Assembly: GCA_964490075.1 (NCBI GenBank)
Contig: CAZBBK010000003.1
Location: forward strand, 62,001-126,000
Source of the DNA: an uncultured Gemmatimonadota bacterium
GTDB lineage: Bacteria > GCA-2686955
Direction: 5' to 3'
DNA length: 64,000 nt
In this document: piece by piece, positions 49,270-59,415 of the stretch
Layout: the number at the start of each line of letters is the position of its first letter
Numbering within the stretch: position 1 is the first letter of the stretch
Notes under the pieces: model-generated
Databases searched by the model: none
What the model was told of the DNA's origin: nothing
The model's input: the letters and a program-made list of their open reading frames with translations, nothing else
Program-made: the position numbers and the translations under genes

Positions 49270-50412
49270 TCAGAATGCCAGCTGCATCTGCAGCACGAGT
49301 TCGTCGTTGTCTACGGAGTCGGCCAGCTCTCGCTTGAAAGTGTAGTTGGCCATCAGCTTGACGTTGTGCCCCTGGATGTAGTGATTCAGGCCGAGACTGG
49401 TCCACTCGATGTCTTTGGCTGAGGTCTCGGAATCGTCCGGGTCATAGGTCTGGTAACGAACCAGGGCCTGGAGCTTGTCACCGGCGAATAGCGAGCTGCC
49501 CTGTACGTAGTAGCCACCGGCCACCACGGTCGGATCACCGTCGCTCCGGCCGCTCAGCTCGGCCCGAATGAGCTCACCCTTCAAGGCCCAGCCGCCGAGC
49601 TGGAATGCCGCATCGCCGTTGACGATGGATCGGTCGTAAGGAGCCGAGAAGATGGTGCTGTCCGGGAGATCAGCGCTGGCCAGCTTGCTGGGATCGTCCG
49701 CCGTCCTCTCCCAGGATCCGCCGACTCCCGCCGAGAGCTGCGCCTTGCGTCCACCGATCTCGCCGCGCCAGGCCGTGCCGTCCAGCCGCGCGGTGTAGAT
49801 GAAGTTGTCGTCATCGTTGGCGGCGCGGTTTCTGCCGCCTCCGTTGAAGATGCCGAGGGCGTAATGGGCGCGCTTCGCGAAGGGCTTGCCGTGGACCATG
49901 ACGCCGATCTCGCGGTTGACCCAGGGATTGAAGATCCGGCCCTGGGCGTAGTAGCGTTCGACGAAGTCAAGCTTGGTGATCGGCCGATTCGCCTCGGCGC
50001 CCACCGGCATGCGGAACTGCCCGCAGCTCACCTGGAAAGACTCACGCGGCGTGTAGGCCAGGACGAAGTCGAAGAGCGCACTGTTGAGGTGCGCCGCGTC
50101 CGATCCGGTCCTGCGATCGAGGGCGATCTGGACCAGGTAGTCGAAGTCCTGGAGGACCTCGCCGGAGAGCTTCAAGCGCGCCGCGCGAATCATGAACGAC
50201 GAGGTCTTGGGGGGACCCGAGTCGCTGGCCTCGTGGGTGTAGCGGAACTGGCCGGAGCCGTTGATCGCGAGAGCTCCTCCTTCCAGAAGAGTGGGCTCCT
50301 GGCCGGCGGCCAGGGCCGCGCGCGGGCCCGGCCAAAGATGCGCGCAGAGCACGAGCCCGATGAGTGGGAGGAATCGTCTCTTGTGTGCCGTCAGTGCGAA
50401 GTCGATCGCCAT
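49270..50412 (-). CDS. anion-selective porin (OprO/OprP-like)
   Basis: signal peptide, QFRY, ARLKLSG, GQFRMP, REIG, FNG, C-terminal QMQLAF. Confidence 0.85.
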   Translation of the reverse strand: MAIDFALTAHKRRFLPLIGLVLCAHLWPGPRAALAAGQEPTLLEGGALAINGSGQFRYTHEASDSGPPKTSSFMIRAARLKLSGEVLQDFDYLVQIALDRRTGSDAAHLNSALFDFVLAYTPRESFQVSCGQFRMPVGAEANRPITKLDFVERYYAQGRIFNPWVNREIGVMVHGKPFAKRAHYALGIFNGGGRNRAANDDDNFIYTARLDGTAWRGEIGGRKAQLSAGVGGSWERTADDPSKLASADLPDSTIFSAPYDRSIVNGDAAFQLGGWALKGELIRAELSGRSDGDPTVVAGGYYVQGSSLFAGDKLQALVRYQTYDPDDSETSAKDIEWTSLGLNHYIQGHNVKLMANYTFKRELADSVDNDELVLQMQLAF

Positions 50413-50581
50413 CGGTGTGTCCTTCGTCGACTCCCATGGCGGATTGCCCCGAGGAGTCCGGTGGAGGTTGGGTTCGCCGAGTGGGCGCGCCGCACGGAGA
50501 CGATGATCCGCCGGCGTGGCCTGAGCAGGACAGAATGCTGGGTCGAGGGCGGACCCGCCACGACCGCGATCAGCGGCACCG

Positions 50582-50595
50582 GTGATATTTGTCAA
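50582..50595 (-). promoter_or_regulatory. FNR/Crp-family binding box
   Basis: TTGAC-AAAT-ATCAC (FNR consensus TTGAT-N4-ATCAA) between the Crp/Fnr gene and the porin operon. Confidence 0.7.
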
Positions 50596-50613
50596 CGCGG
50601 ATCGAGATACTCG

Positions 50614-51312
50614 TCAGCCGGTCGCCAGCAGCATGCGCCGCAGCGCATCGGGCTCCAGCACCCGGATCGCCCTGCCCTCGGTCTCGATCAGACCCCGCGA
50701 CACGAACTGGGTCAGCAGGCGGATCAGTGTCTCTTTCGCCATGCCCAGGGTGTCGGCCAATTCCTGGCGCGACAGGCCCGCGGAACCGTTGCCTGGATCG
50801 GAGTGAGAGAGATCGGTCGAGAGCAGGAGCGCCGCCAGCCGCTGGCGCCCCGAGTAGGTCCCCAGGCGCAGCGCGGTCCGCTCCAGATCATCGATGCGAT
50901 GCGAGAGCAGCGAGACCACACCGACCGCCACGTCGGGGGAGCGGCGCATCAGGCCGTCGATCTCGTCGCGGGTCGCCATGCAGAGCTCGACCGGGGTGAT
51001 CGCCTCCGCCGTGCACTGGCAGGGGGCGCCGCGCAGCGATTCACAGCCGAGCAGGAATCCCGGTCCGACCACGCCGAGCACCTGGGTGCGCCCGTTCGGA
51101 CCGATCTTGGAGAGCTTGACCAGGCCCTTGCGGACCGAGGCCACCTGGTCACAGGGATTGCCCTCCAGGAAGGCGCGGTGCCGGGCCGGAAAGCGGTGCA
51201 TGGTCATGCCGCAGGAAAGGTCGGCGAAGACCTCCTCGGGCACGCCGGCGAGCACCCCTTCGCTGCGCATCACACAGTCGTCGCAGCGCCGGATCTCGAC
51301 CTTGGTGCTCAT
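50614..51312 (-). CDS. Crp/Fnr family transcriptional regulator, Cys-rich
   Basis: cNMP-binding fold (GLVKL..GRTQVL..PG), HTH LSRQELADTLGMAKETLIR, N-terminal CDDC. Confidence 0.93.
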   Translation of the reverse strand: MSTKVEIRRCDDCVMRSEGVLAGVPEEVFADLSCGMTMHRFPARHRAFLEGNPCDQVASVRKGLVKLSKIGPNGRTQVLGVVGPGFLLGCESLRGAPCQCTAEAITPVELCMATRDEIDGLMRRSPDVAVGVVSLLSHRIDDLERTALRLGTYSGRQRLAALLLSTDLSHSDPGNGSAGLSRQELADTLGMAKETLIRLLTQFVSRGLIETEGRAIRVLEPDALRRMLLATG

Positions 51313-51480
51313 CTCTGGGCCCTTCGACCGCACCGGCGTCTGGCTCGATCGCGGCGCGGCGGAACATGGTTGGCGGGCAGGCGCCTAGGATGGCCGGGGT
51401 CCCCCCGGGGCCCTCACCAGCCAAGGATAGCGTACCGCTCGATCGCCTGCGCCCTTCCGAGCAGCTAGACTACGCGCCTC

Positions 51481-52284
51481 ATGCTCACCTTCCGCAGCAC
51501 ACTCGAGTACCAGGGCAGCGATTTCAGCGGCTGGCAGCGCCAGCCGGAACGCCGGACCGTGCAGGGCGAGCTGGAGCGAGCGCTGGCCCTGCTCTGCCGG
51601 ACACCGGTGGCGGTCACCGCCGCGGGGCGCACCGACGCCGGAGTCCACGCCACCGGCCAGGTGGTGAGCTTCCGCCTGGAGAGCCTGCCCTGGGGGCGAG
51701 GGCCCGAGCCCTTCGCGAGCGACCTGGCGTACCGCTTGAATCGGCTCCTTCCCGACGATATCGCGATCCGAGAGCTATGTCCGGCCGCCCCCGGCTTCCA
51801 TGCCCGCCACGATGCGCTCATCCGCAGCTATCGCTATTCCATTCGCCACCGCCGCCACCCATTGAGTCGCCATCTGAGCTGGCTCGTTCGCTATGAACTA
51901 GATCTTGCGCAGATGAACGAGACGGTCTCTATCATCAAGAAATATGAGGACTTCAAGGCATTTACTCGAGCAGAGCTAGAGCTCCCCTCCTTCCGCGTCG
52001 ATCTGGGCCGGCTCGACCTGTTCGCGGTCGAGGAGGGGCTCGACATCGTCGTCAGCGCGCGCCGCTTTCTGCACAATATGATCCGTATCCTGGCCGGGAC
52101 CTTGGTCGACGTCGGACGCGGCCATCTCAGCCCGGCGCAGGTCGAGCAGGCGCTACGCGCGCGCGACCGGCGCCTCGCAGGCCCCACGGCACCGGCCCAC
52201 GGGCTCTGCTTCGAGCGCGTCGACTATCCTGGTGAAGGCGCGTCCCCGGCCCCGCGGCGAAACACCTCTACCCAAAGCCCCTGA
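51481..52284 (+). CDS. truA: tRNA pseudouridine(38-40) synthase
   Basis: [28 protein letters not shown]. Confidence 0.97.
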   Translation: MLTFRSTLEYQGSDFSGWQRQPERRTVQGELERALALLCRTPVAVTAAGRTDAGVHATGQVVSFRLESLPWGRGPEPFASDLAYRLNRLLPDDIAIRELCPAAPGFHARHDALIRSYRYSIRHRRHPLSRHLSWLVRYELDLAQMNETVSIIKKYEDFKAFTRAELELPSFRVDLGRLDLFAVEEGLDIVVSARRFLHNMIRILAGTLVDVGRGHLSPAQVEQALRARDRRLAGPTAPAHGLCFERVDYPGEGASPAPRRNTSTQSP

Positions 52285-52297
52285 AAGGGCACCGCAC

Positions 52298-52957
52298 ATG
52301 AAGCTGTTCATCGATACCGCCAACACCGAAGAGATCCGCGCCGCCGCCGGCCTGGGACTGCTCGACGGCGCGACCACCAACCCGAGTCTCCTGGCCAAGG
52401 AGATCGAACGCCGCGGCGGCGGCACCCAGGACGAGATCTTCAAAGAGATCTGCGAGCTGGTTCCGGGCCCGGTGTCGGCCGAGGTGATCGCCACCGACTA
52501 CGAGGGCATGGTCCGCCAGGGCCGGGAGGTGGCCACGCTGGCCCCCAACGTGGTGGTGAAATGCCCCCTGACCGAAGATGGGCTGCGCGCCACCCGTACT
52601 CTCTCCGAAGAGGGGATCTCCGTGAACGCCACCCTGATCTTCCAGCCGATCCAGGCGCTGCTGGCGGCAAAAGCCGGCGCGGCCTACGTGTCGCCCTTCG
52701 TCGGCCGCCTCGACGACATCTCCACCACCGGCATGGCGGCGGTGCAGGAGATCGTCGAGATTTACAGCAACTATGCCTTCTCCACCGAGGTGATCGTGGC
52801 GTCGGTGCGCAACCCGATCCACGTGGTCGACGCCGCGCGCATGGGCGCCGACGTCGCCACCATCCCCTACGCGGTCATCAAGCAGCTCGTGAAGCATCCC
52901 TTGACCGACATCGGGCTGGCTCGCTTCGTCGCCGACGCAGCCAAGTACTCGAGCTGA
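52298..52957 (+). CDS. tal: transaldolase / fructose-6-phosphate aldolase (short type)
   Basis: [29 protein letters not shown]. Confidence 0.93.
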   Translation: MKLFIDTANTEEIRAAAGLGLLDGATTNPSLLAKEIERRGGGTQDEIFKEICELVPGPVSAEVIATDYEGMVRQGREVATLAPNVVVKCPLTEDGLRATRTLSEEGISVNATLIFQPIQALLAAKAGAAYVSPFVGRLDDISTTGMAAVQEIVEIYSNYAFSTEVIVASVRNPIHVVDAARMGADVATIPYAVIKQLVKHPLTDIGLARFVADAAKYSS

Positions 52958-52961
52958 GACG

Positions 52962-54404
52962 GTGCGAGCCTCGCGACTCCTGGGTGTGGTGCTCGGCGCC
53001 GCGGTGGTGCTCGCCGCTGGCGGCCTCTGGACGATTCCGCCGCGGCCTCCAGAGCGCTTCGCCCGCGCCGCCTCCGAGTCGATCCCCGAGTCGCGGCGCA
53101 GCGCCATCGTCGCCGCCGCCGAGCGGGTCGGGCCGGCGGTGGTCGCGGTCCATACCTATGCCACTCAGGTGGTGCAGGAGTCGTCGGGGCCCTTCAACGA
53201 CCCCTTCTTCCGCGGCTTCTTCGCGCCGCGCTACTACGAGCGCCCGGTCACCGGGCTCGGCAGCGGCGTGATCATCGACGAGCGCGGCTACGTGGTGACC
53301 AACGACCACGTGGTGAAGGGGGCCGAGCAAACCCACGTGAAGCTGCCGGACGGCCGCGAGCTGAAATGCGCACTGGTCGGCACCGACCCCTCCAGCGACC
53401 TGGCGCTCTTGCGCATCGACGCGCCGCCGGCCGACCTGCCGCAGGCGCACTTCGGTGACTCCGACGGGCTGATGATCGGCGAGTGGGCGATCGCCATCGG
53501 CAATCCCTTCGGCGACCTGATCGACGACCCCCAACCGACCGTCACCGCCGGCGTGGTCAGCGCGCTGCACCGCGACGTCAAGAGCGACGTGCGCTCCGAG
53601 CGTGTCTACCGCGACATGATCCAGACCGACGCCTCGATCAACCCGGGCAACTCCGGCGGCGCGCTGGTCAACGGGGCCGGCGAGCTGATCGGGGTCAACA
53701 CCTTCATCTTCTCCTCCGGCGGCGGCTCGCTCGGCATCGGCTTCGCGATTCCGGCCAATCGGGTGCGCAAGGTGATCCTCGATCTGGCGGCGCACGGCGA
53801 GGTGCGGCCGGTGTGGACCGGGCTGATCGTCCAGGAGCTGAGCGAGGAGCTGGCCTCTGCGCTGGCGCTGGGCGGCACCGAGGGGGTGCTGATCGCCGAC
53901 CTGGTCGCCGAGTCGCCGGCCGAGCGCGCCGGGCTCGAGGAGGGCGACCTGATCGTGGAACTGGCGGGGCAGCGGATCCGCAACGCGCTCGACTACGAGC
54001 TGGCGCTGGCGCAGTCGGTGGTGGGGGACGAGATGGAGCTGCGCTACCTGCGCGGGGGCAGCTCCGCGACCACCGCCCTGACGCTGGCCGAGCGACCCGC
54101 CGATCTGGACGAGCGCCCGATTCCCGCGCTCGGCATGCGCGGGCGCGACCTGAGCGCCGCCCTGGCCCGCAGCCACCGGGTCCGGGGAGAGCGCGGGGTG
54201 CTGATCACATCGCTCGAGGCGACCGGGGCGCTGGCGCGCAGCGGAATCGAGGTGGGCGACGTGATTCGCGGCTTCGGCCGCTGGGAGATCCGCTCCACCG
54301 AGGAGCTGATCCACCTGGTCGGCCGGGTGCGGCGCGGTTCTCCGGTACTGATCACCTTCGAGCGGCAGGGGAAGATGTTCCATCGCCGTTTCGTGGTCCG
54401 TTGA
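52962..54404 (+). CDS. HtrA/DegP family serine protease with two PDZ domains
   Basis: GSGVI, TNDHVV, DLAL, QTDASINPGNSGG. Confidence 0.95.
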   Translation: MRASRLLGVVLGAAVVLAAGGLWTIPPRPPERFARAASESIPESRRSAIVAAAERVGPAVVAVHTYATQVVQESSGPFNDPFFRGFFAPRYYERPVTGLGSGVIIDERGYVVTNDHVVKGAEQTHVKLPDGRELKCALVGTDPSSDLALLRIDAPPADLPQAHFGDSDGLMIGEWAIAIGNPFGDLIDDPQPTVTAGVVSALHRDVKSDVRSERVYRDMIQTDASINPGNSGGALVNGAGELIGVNTFIFSSGGGSLGIGFAIPANRVRKVILDLAAHGEVRPVWTGLIVQELSEELASALALGGTEGVLIADLVAESPAERAGLEEGDLIVELAGQRIRNALDYELALAQSVVGDEMELRYLRGGSSATTALTLAERPADLDERPIPALGMRGRDLSAALARSHRVRGERGVLITSLEATGALARSGIEVGDVIRGFGRWEIRSTEELIHLVGRVRRGSPVLITFERQGKMFHRRFVVR

Positions 54405-54426
54405 CGGTCGCCGATTCGGAGACGCG

Positions 54427-55767
54427 ATGATCGAACGCTATACGACGCCCGAGATGAAGCGCCTGTGGAGCGAGGAGCACCGCAGCTCGATCTGGCTCGA
54501 GGTGGAGACCTGCGCGCTCGAGGCGATGGCGGAGCTGGGGCTGGCGCCGCTGGAGTCGGCGCGCGCGGTGCGCAAGCGAGGCGGATTCGACCTGGAGCGA
54601 ATGGCCGAGATCGAGCGCCAGGTCGATCACGACGTGATCGCCTTCTTGACCTGCGTCGCCGAGCGGGTCGGTCCCGAGGCGCGGCACCTGCATCGCGGCA
54701 TGACCTCGTCCGATCTGCTCGATACCGCGCTCGCCCTGCAGATGCGCGAGGCGGGCGATCTCGTGATCGCTGCGCTCGGTGAGCTGCGCGAGGCGGTCGG
54801 CACTCTGGCGCGTCGCAGCCGCGACATCCCGGCCGCCGGTCGCAGCCACGGCGTGCATGCCGAGCCGATCACCCTGGGACTCAAGTTCGCAACCTGGTTC
54901 GCCGAGCTCGGCCGCGGCATAGAGCGCTTCCGCCGCGAGGTCGAGGGGATCGCATGCGGCAAGATCTCGGGCGCGGTCGGCACCTTCGCGCACCTGCCCC
55001 CCGAGGTGGAAGGGCTGGTCTGCGCCCGGCTCGGTCTGGCGCCCGACCCGATCTCGACCCAGGTGATCGCCCGCGACCGGCACGCCGGCTATCTCGGTGC
55101 GCTGGCGATTCTCGGCTCGAGCATGGACCGTTTCGCCACCGAGATCCGCCACCTGGCGCGCACCGAGGTCGGCGAGGCCGAGGAGCCCTTCGGCAAGAAA
55201 CAGAAAGGCTCCTCGGCGATGCCGCACAAGCGCAACCCAATCGTGACGGAGCGCATCAGCGGCATGGCGCGGCTGTTGCGCGGCTACGCCGTGGCGGCGC
55301 TCGAGAACATCCCGCTCTGGCACGAGCGCGATATCAGCCACTCATCGGTCGAGCGGGTGATCCTGCCCGACGCGACCGGCCTGGTGCACTACATGGCGCG
55401 GCGCTTGACGCGAGTGGTCGAGGGGCTGCGCCTCTTTCCCGAGAACGCCGCCCGCAATCTCGAGCTCTCGGCGGGACTGGTCGCTTCGCAGACCTTTCTG
55501 CTGGAGCTCGTGGAGCGCGGGCTGACCCGCGAAGAGTCCTACCGAATCGTGCAGACCGTGGCGATGGCGGCGCGCGAGGCCGGGCGCTCCTTCGTCGACC
55601 AGGCGCTCGAGTCGACCGAACTGGGCGGCCACCTGCGGCCCGAAGAGATCCGCGAGCTGGCCTCGACCGACCGCCATTTTCGACACGTCGAGACGATTTT
55701 CGAGCGTGTGGGACTCGGAACCACCGAGACCGGGCGCCGAAAAGGCGCAGAGGAGACCTCCCGATGA
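54427..55767 (+). CDS. purB: adenylosuccinate lyase
   Basis: MIERY, GRSHGVHAEP, GSSAMPHKRNP. Confidence 0.98.
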   Translation: MIERYTTPEMKRLWSEEHRSSIWLEVETCALEAMAELGLAPLESARAVRKRGGFDLERMAEIERQVDHDVIAFLTCVAERVGPEARHLHRGMTSSDLLDTALALQMREAGDLVIAALGELREAVGTLARRSRDIPAAGRSHGVHAEPITLGLKFATWFAELGRGIERFRREVEGIACGKISGAVGTFAHLPPEVEGLVCARLGLAPDPISTQVIARDRHAGYLGALAILGSSMDRFATEIRHLARTEVGEAEEPFGKKQKGSSAMPHKRNPIVTERISGMARLLRGYAVAALENIPLWHERDISHSSVERVILPDATGLVHYMARRLTRVVEGLRLFPENAARNLELSAGLVASQTFLLELVERGLTREESYRIVQTVAMAAREAGRSFVDQALESTELGGHLRPEEIRELASTDRHFRHVETIFERVGLGTTETGRRKGAEETSR

Positions 55768-56474
55768 CCCGAGGCGAGCAGCTCTACGAAGGCAAGGCGA
55801 AGAAGATCTTCGCGACCGACGATCCGGATGTCGTCATCCACGCGTACAAAGACGACGCCACGGCCTTCAACGCGGTGAAGCGCGGCACCATCCCGGGCAA
55901 GGGAGAGGTGAACGCGGCCACCACCGCCCACCTGATGCGCTACCTGGAATCGCATGCCATCCCCACCCACCTGATCGACCACCCCACTCCGCGCGAGCTG
56001 GTGACGCACAAGGTGAAAATCGTGATGGTCGAGGTGATCGTGCGCAACCTCACGGCGGGGTCGATGGCCAAGCGCCTCGGGCTCGAAGAGGGGCTCGAGA
56101 TCCCCACGCCGATCGTCGAGTACAGCCTCAAGTCGGATGAGCTGGGCGATCCCCTGATGATCGATCAGCACGCCCTCTTCATGGGGCTGGCGACCCGCGA
56201 CGAGCTCGACTGGATCGAGTCGACCAGCCGCAAGATCAACGAGCTGCTGCGCGCCTACCTGATCGAGCGCAACCTGATCCTGGTCGACTTCAAGCTGGAG
56301 TTCGGCAAGGACCGCGCGGGGCGGCTGATGCTGGCCGACGAGATCAGCCCCGACACCTGCCGCTTCTGGGACCGCGAAACCCGCAAGAAGCTCGACAAGG
56401 ACCGCTTCCGGCACGACCTGGGCGAGGTCGAAGAGGCCTACCACGAGGTCCACCGCCGGATCGTGGGCGGCTGA
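55764..56474 (+). CDS. purC: SAICAR synthase
   Basis: LYEGKAK, VDFKLEFG, ADEISPDTCRFWD. Confidence 0.98.
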   Translation: MTRGEQLYEGKAKKIFATDDPDVVIHAYKDDATAFNAVKRGTIPGKGEVNAATTAHLMRYLESHAIPTHLIDHPTPRELVTHKVKIVMVEVIVRNLTAGSMAKRLGLEEGLEIPTPIVEYSLKSDELGDPLMIDQHALFMGLATRDELDWIESTSRKINELLRAYLIERNLILVDFKLEFGKDRAGRLMLADEISPDTCRFWDRETRKKLDKDRFRHDLGEVEEAYHEVHRRIVGG

Positions 56475-56478
56475 GGCA

Positions 56479-58866
56479 GTGGATACCCTTCCGATCCTCT
56501 CCTTCGCAGGCGAAGACGCGCCGCTCCAGGCGCTGCTCGATCACCACGGCCTGGTCCTGAGCTGCGCCGAGGCGCGCCGCGTCGCGGGGCTCTTGGGGCG
56601 CGATCCGACCCTGGTCGAGCTACACATCTTCAACACCATGTGGAGCGAGCACTGCTCCTACAAGTCGTCGCGCGCGATCCTGAAAGAGCTCTTGCCGACC
56701 GAAGGGCCGCGGGTGGTGTTGGGACCGGTCGAGGACGCCGGGATCGTGCGCATCGCCGAGCACCAGGGCAAGAGCTGGTGCCTGGCGGTCGGCCACGAGA
56801 GCCACAACCACCCTTCGCAGGTGGTGCCCTACGAGGGCGCCGCCACCGGCGTGGGGGGGATCCTGCGCGATCTCTACTGCATGGGAGCCGACGTCTTCGG
56901 CGTGATCGACCCCCTGCGCTTCGGCGACCCCGGGGGGCCGCAGGGGGGGCGGGTTCGAGAGATTGCGCGTGGCGTGGTGGACGGGATCTGGGGCTACGCC
57001 AACGCGGTCGGGGTCCCGAACCTGGGCGGCGACGTGGTGTTCCACCCCTCCTTCGACGACAACTGCCTGGTCAACGTGGTCGCCTTCGGCATCGTCGAGG
57101 AGGCGCGGGTGGTGCGCAGCCGGGTGCCGGCCGAGGCCGGCGATGAGGACTACGTCTTCGTGCTGGTCGGCAAGCCGACCGACGACTCGGGATTCGGTGG
57201 GGCGGCCTTCGCCTCGGTCGATCTCGACGAGAGCGATGTCGAGGCCAACCGCGGCGCGGTGCAGGCGCCCGATCCCTTTCTGAAGAGGCTCTTGGTGGTG
57301 GCCTGCCGGGAGCTTCTCGACGAGCTCGACTCGGAGGGCGTGGCCTTCGGATTCAAGGACCTGGGGGCGGGCGGGATCGCCTGCGTCACCAGCGAGCTGG
57401 CCCATGCCGGCGGATTCGGCGCCGACATCGACCTGGCGCGGGTGCCGACCTCGCTGCCCGATCTGCCGGCCGAGGTGATCGCCTGCTCGGAGACCCAGGA
57501 GCGCTTCTGCCTCGCGCTTCCGCGGGATTGGGCGCAGCGGGTGACGCGGCTTTTCAACGAGCGCTTCGAGCTGCCGCGACTCTCCGACGGGGCCTCGGCG
57601 GCGGTGATCGGATCGGTGCGGCGCGACGGCCGCTACCTGCTGCGGGTGGCGGAGCGGACGGTCTGCGACGCCGCGGTGGAGGCGGTCACCGAGGGGATTC
57701 GCCACGATCGACCGCGTCGCCCGCGCTCCCGGCCGGGCCCCGGAGCGGGCGCCGGACCGGTGCGCGCCTCGCTCGATCTCGGCGCGGCCCTGGAGCGGCT
57801 CCTGGGGTCGCTGGAGGGCGGGTCGCGGGCCACGATCTATCGCCACTACGACACCGAGGTGCAGGGCAACACCATGGTGCGTCCCGGCGAGGCCGACGCC
57901 TGCGTGGTGGCCCCGGTGCCGGGCGCCCCTTTCGCGATCGCGGTCTCCGCCGACGGCGATCCGGCCCTGGGCGAAATCGATCCCTGGGCCGCCGGGGCCT
58001 GCGCGGTCGAAGAGGCGGTGCGCAACGTGGCCGCGGTGGGGGGGAGGCCGCTGTGCATCACCGACTGCCTCAACTACGGCAATCCCGAGCTGCCGGAGGT
58101 CATGGAGGAGTTCCGCGAAGGGGTGCGCGGCATCGCCGATGCCTGCCGCGCGCTCGGCGTGATCGACGCCGATCCCGCGATCGACGGCACGCCGATCCCG
58201 GTGATCAGCGGCAACGTCTCGTTCTACAACCAATCGGCGGCGGGACGCGCGGTGGCGCCCTCACCGATCGTGTCGTGCGCGGGATGGCTGCCCGATGCCA
58301 GCCGCGTGGTGACACTCGATCTGGAGTCTGCCGGCGACACTCTGGTGCTGGTCGGGGCGCGACGCGCCGAGCTCGGCGGATCGGCGCTGAGCCGGCTCAT
58401 GCCCGATCTCGAGGCTGGGGCTCCGCGGCCCAGCGATCTGGGCGCGGCGCGGGCCGAGGTTCGCGCGCTGGTGCAGGCCATAGAGCGCTCGCTGGTGTGC
58501 GCCTGCCACGACATCTCCACCGGCGGGCTGGCGCTGGCGGCCTGCGAGATGGCCTTCGCGGGGCGTGCCGCGGAGCCTGCGCTCGGTCTCTGGCTCGACC
58601 TGGACCAGGCCGCGGACGATGGCGACGTCGACGCGCTGGCGCGGATGTTCGGCGAGATGTCGGGCTTCCTGCTGGAGGTGGAGGGCGAGCATCTCGACGA
58701 GCTGCTGGGGCTGCTGCGGGCCGAGGGGGCGTGGGCGCGCAGCGTCGGCCGCACCACCCGCGACGGCACCTTGACCGCCACCTGGCGGGGCCGCGAGGTG
58801 ATGAGCCGGCGGCTGGCGGGGCTCGAGGCGGCGTGGCGGACGGCCCTGGGCACGGTGCTCGCATGA
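56479..58866 (+). CDS. purL: FGAM synthase large subunit (small-type PurL)
   Basis: WSEHCSYKSS, ESHNHPS, GAATGVGG, DCLNYGNP, SGNVSFYN. Confidence 0.98.
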   Translation: MDTLPILSFAGEDAPLQALLDHHGLVLSCAEARRVAGLLGRDPTLVELHIFNTMWSEHCSYKSSRAILKELLPTEGPRVVLGPVEDAGIVRIAEHQGKSWCLAVGHESHNHPSQVVPYEGAATGVGGILRDLYCMGADVFGVIDPLRFGDPGGPQGGRVREIARGVVDGIWGYANAVGVPNLGGDVVFHPSFDDNCLVNVVAFGIVEEARVVRSRVPAEAGDEDYVFVLVGKPTDDSGFGGAAFASVDLDESDVEANRGAVQAPDPFLKRLLVVACRELLDELDSEGVAFGFKDLGAGGIACVTSELAHAGGFGADIDLARVPTSLPDLPAEVIACSETQERFCLALPRDWAQRVTRLFNERFELPRLSDGASAAVIGSVRRDGRYLLRVAERTVCDAAVEAVTEGIRHDRPRRPRSRPGPGAGAGPVRASLDLGAALERLLGSLEGGSRATIYRHYDTEVQGNTMVRPGEADACVVAPVPGAPFAIAVSADGDPALGEIDPWAAGACAVEEAVRNVAAVGGRPLCITDCLNYGNPELPEVMEEFREGVRGIADACRALGVIDADPAIDGTPIPVISGNVSFYNQSAAGRAVAPSPIVSCAGWLPDASRVVTLDLESAGDTLVLVGARRAELGGSALSRLMPDLEAGAPRPSDLGAARAEVRALVQAIERSLVCACHDISTGGLALAACEMAFAGRAAEPALGLWLDLDQAADDGDVDALARMFGEMSGFLLEVEGEHLDELLGLLRAEGAWARSVGRTTRDGTLTATWRGREVMSRRLAGLEAAWRTALGTVLA

Positions 58867-59375
58867 CCCCCGTGCTCTCCGTGGTCGGCGCCAGCGGTTC
58901 GGGGAAGACCACCCTGCTCGAGGCGCTGATCGGCTGGTTGATCGAGCGCGGCCATTCCGTGGCGGTGCTCAAGCACGACGCGCACCGCTTTCAGATCGAC
59001 CACCCGGGGAAGGACACGGCACGGCTCTTCGATGCCGGCGCGACCCAGGTGGCGATCGCCGGGGCCGACGAGATCGCGTTGCGCGAGCGGCCGCGCGGCG
59101 CGATCGATCCCGAATCGCTGGTGCGGCGCCTCTTCCACGATGTCGACCTGGTGCTCACCGAGGGCTACCGATGCGGCCCATGGCCGAAGCTGGAGGTGGC
59201 GCGCGCCGGCCACGGCCCCGGTCCCGCGCACCTCGACGACCCCACGCTGGTCGCGCTGGCGACCGATCTCGAGGTCTACAGCGCTCTGCCGGCCTTCGCT
59301 CTGGACGACGTCGCCTCGCTCGGCGCGTGGATCGAGTCCCGCTTTCTTTCGTCGGCGGCCGGTGAGGCGGGCTAA
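58863..59375 (+). CDS. mobB: molybdopterin-guanine dinucleotide biosynthesis protein B
   Basis: GASGSGKTTL, KHDAHRFQIDHPGKDT, EGY; ATGA overlap with purL. Confidence 0.92.
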   Translation: MTPVLSVVGASGSGKTTLLEALIGWLIERGHSVAVLKHDAHRFQIDHPGKDTARLFDAGATQVAIAGADEIALRERPRGAIDPESLVRRLFHDVDLVLTEGYRCGPWPKLEVARAGHGPGPAHLDDPTLVALATDLEVYSALPAFALDDVASLGAWIESRFLSSAAGEAG

Positions 59376-59415
59376 TGTCGAAGGTTCCTTTGCTGGCTCC
59401 ATGGGAGAACCCTCG

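Noticed and set aside
50413-50613. Cobalamin or other riboswitch in the porin operon leader
   Set aside because: No B12-box or other recognisable aptamer motif; only the FNR-type box is evident
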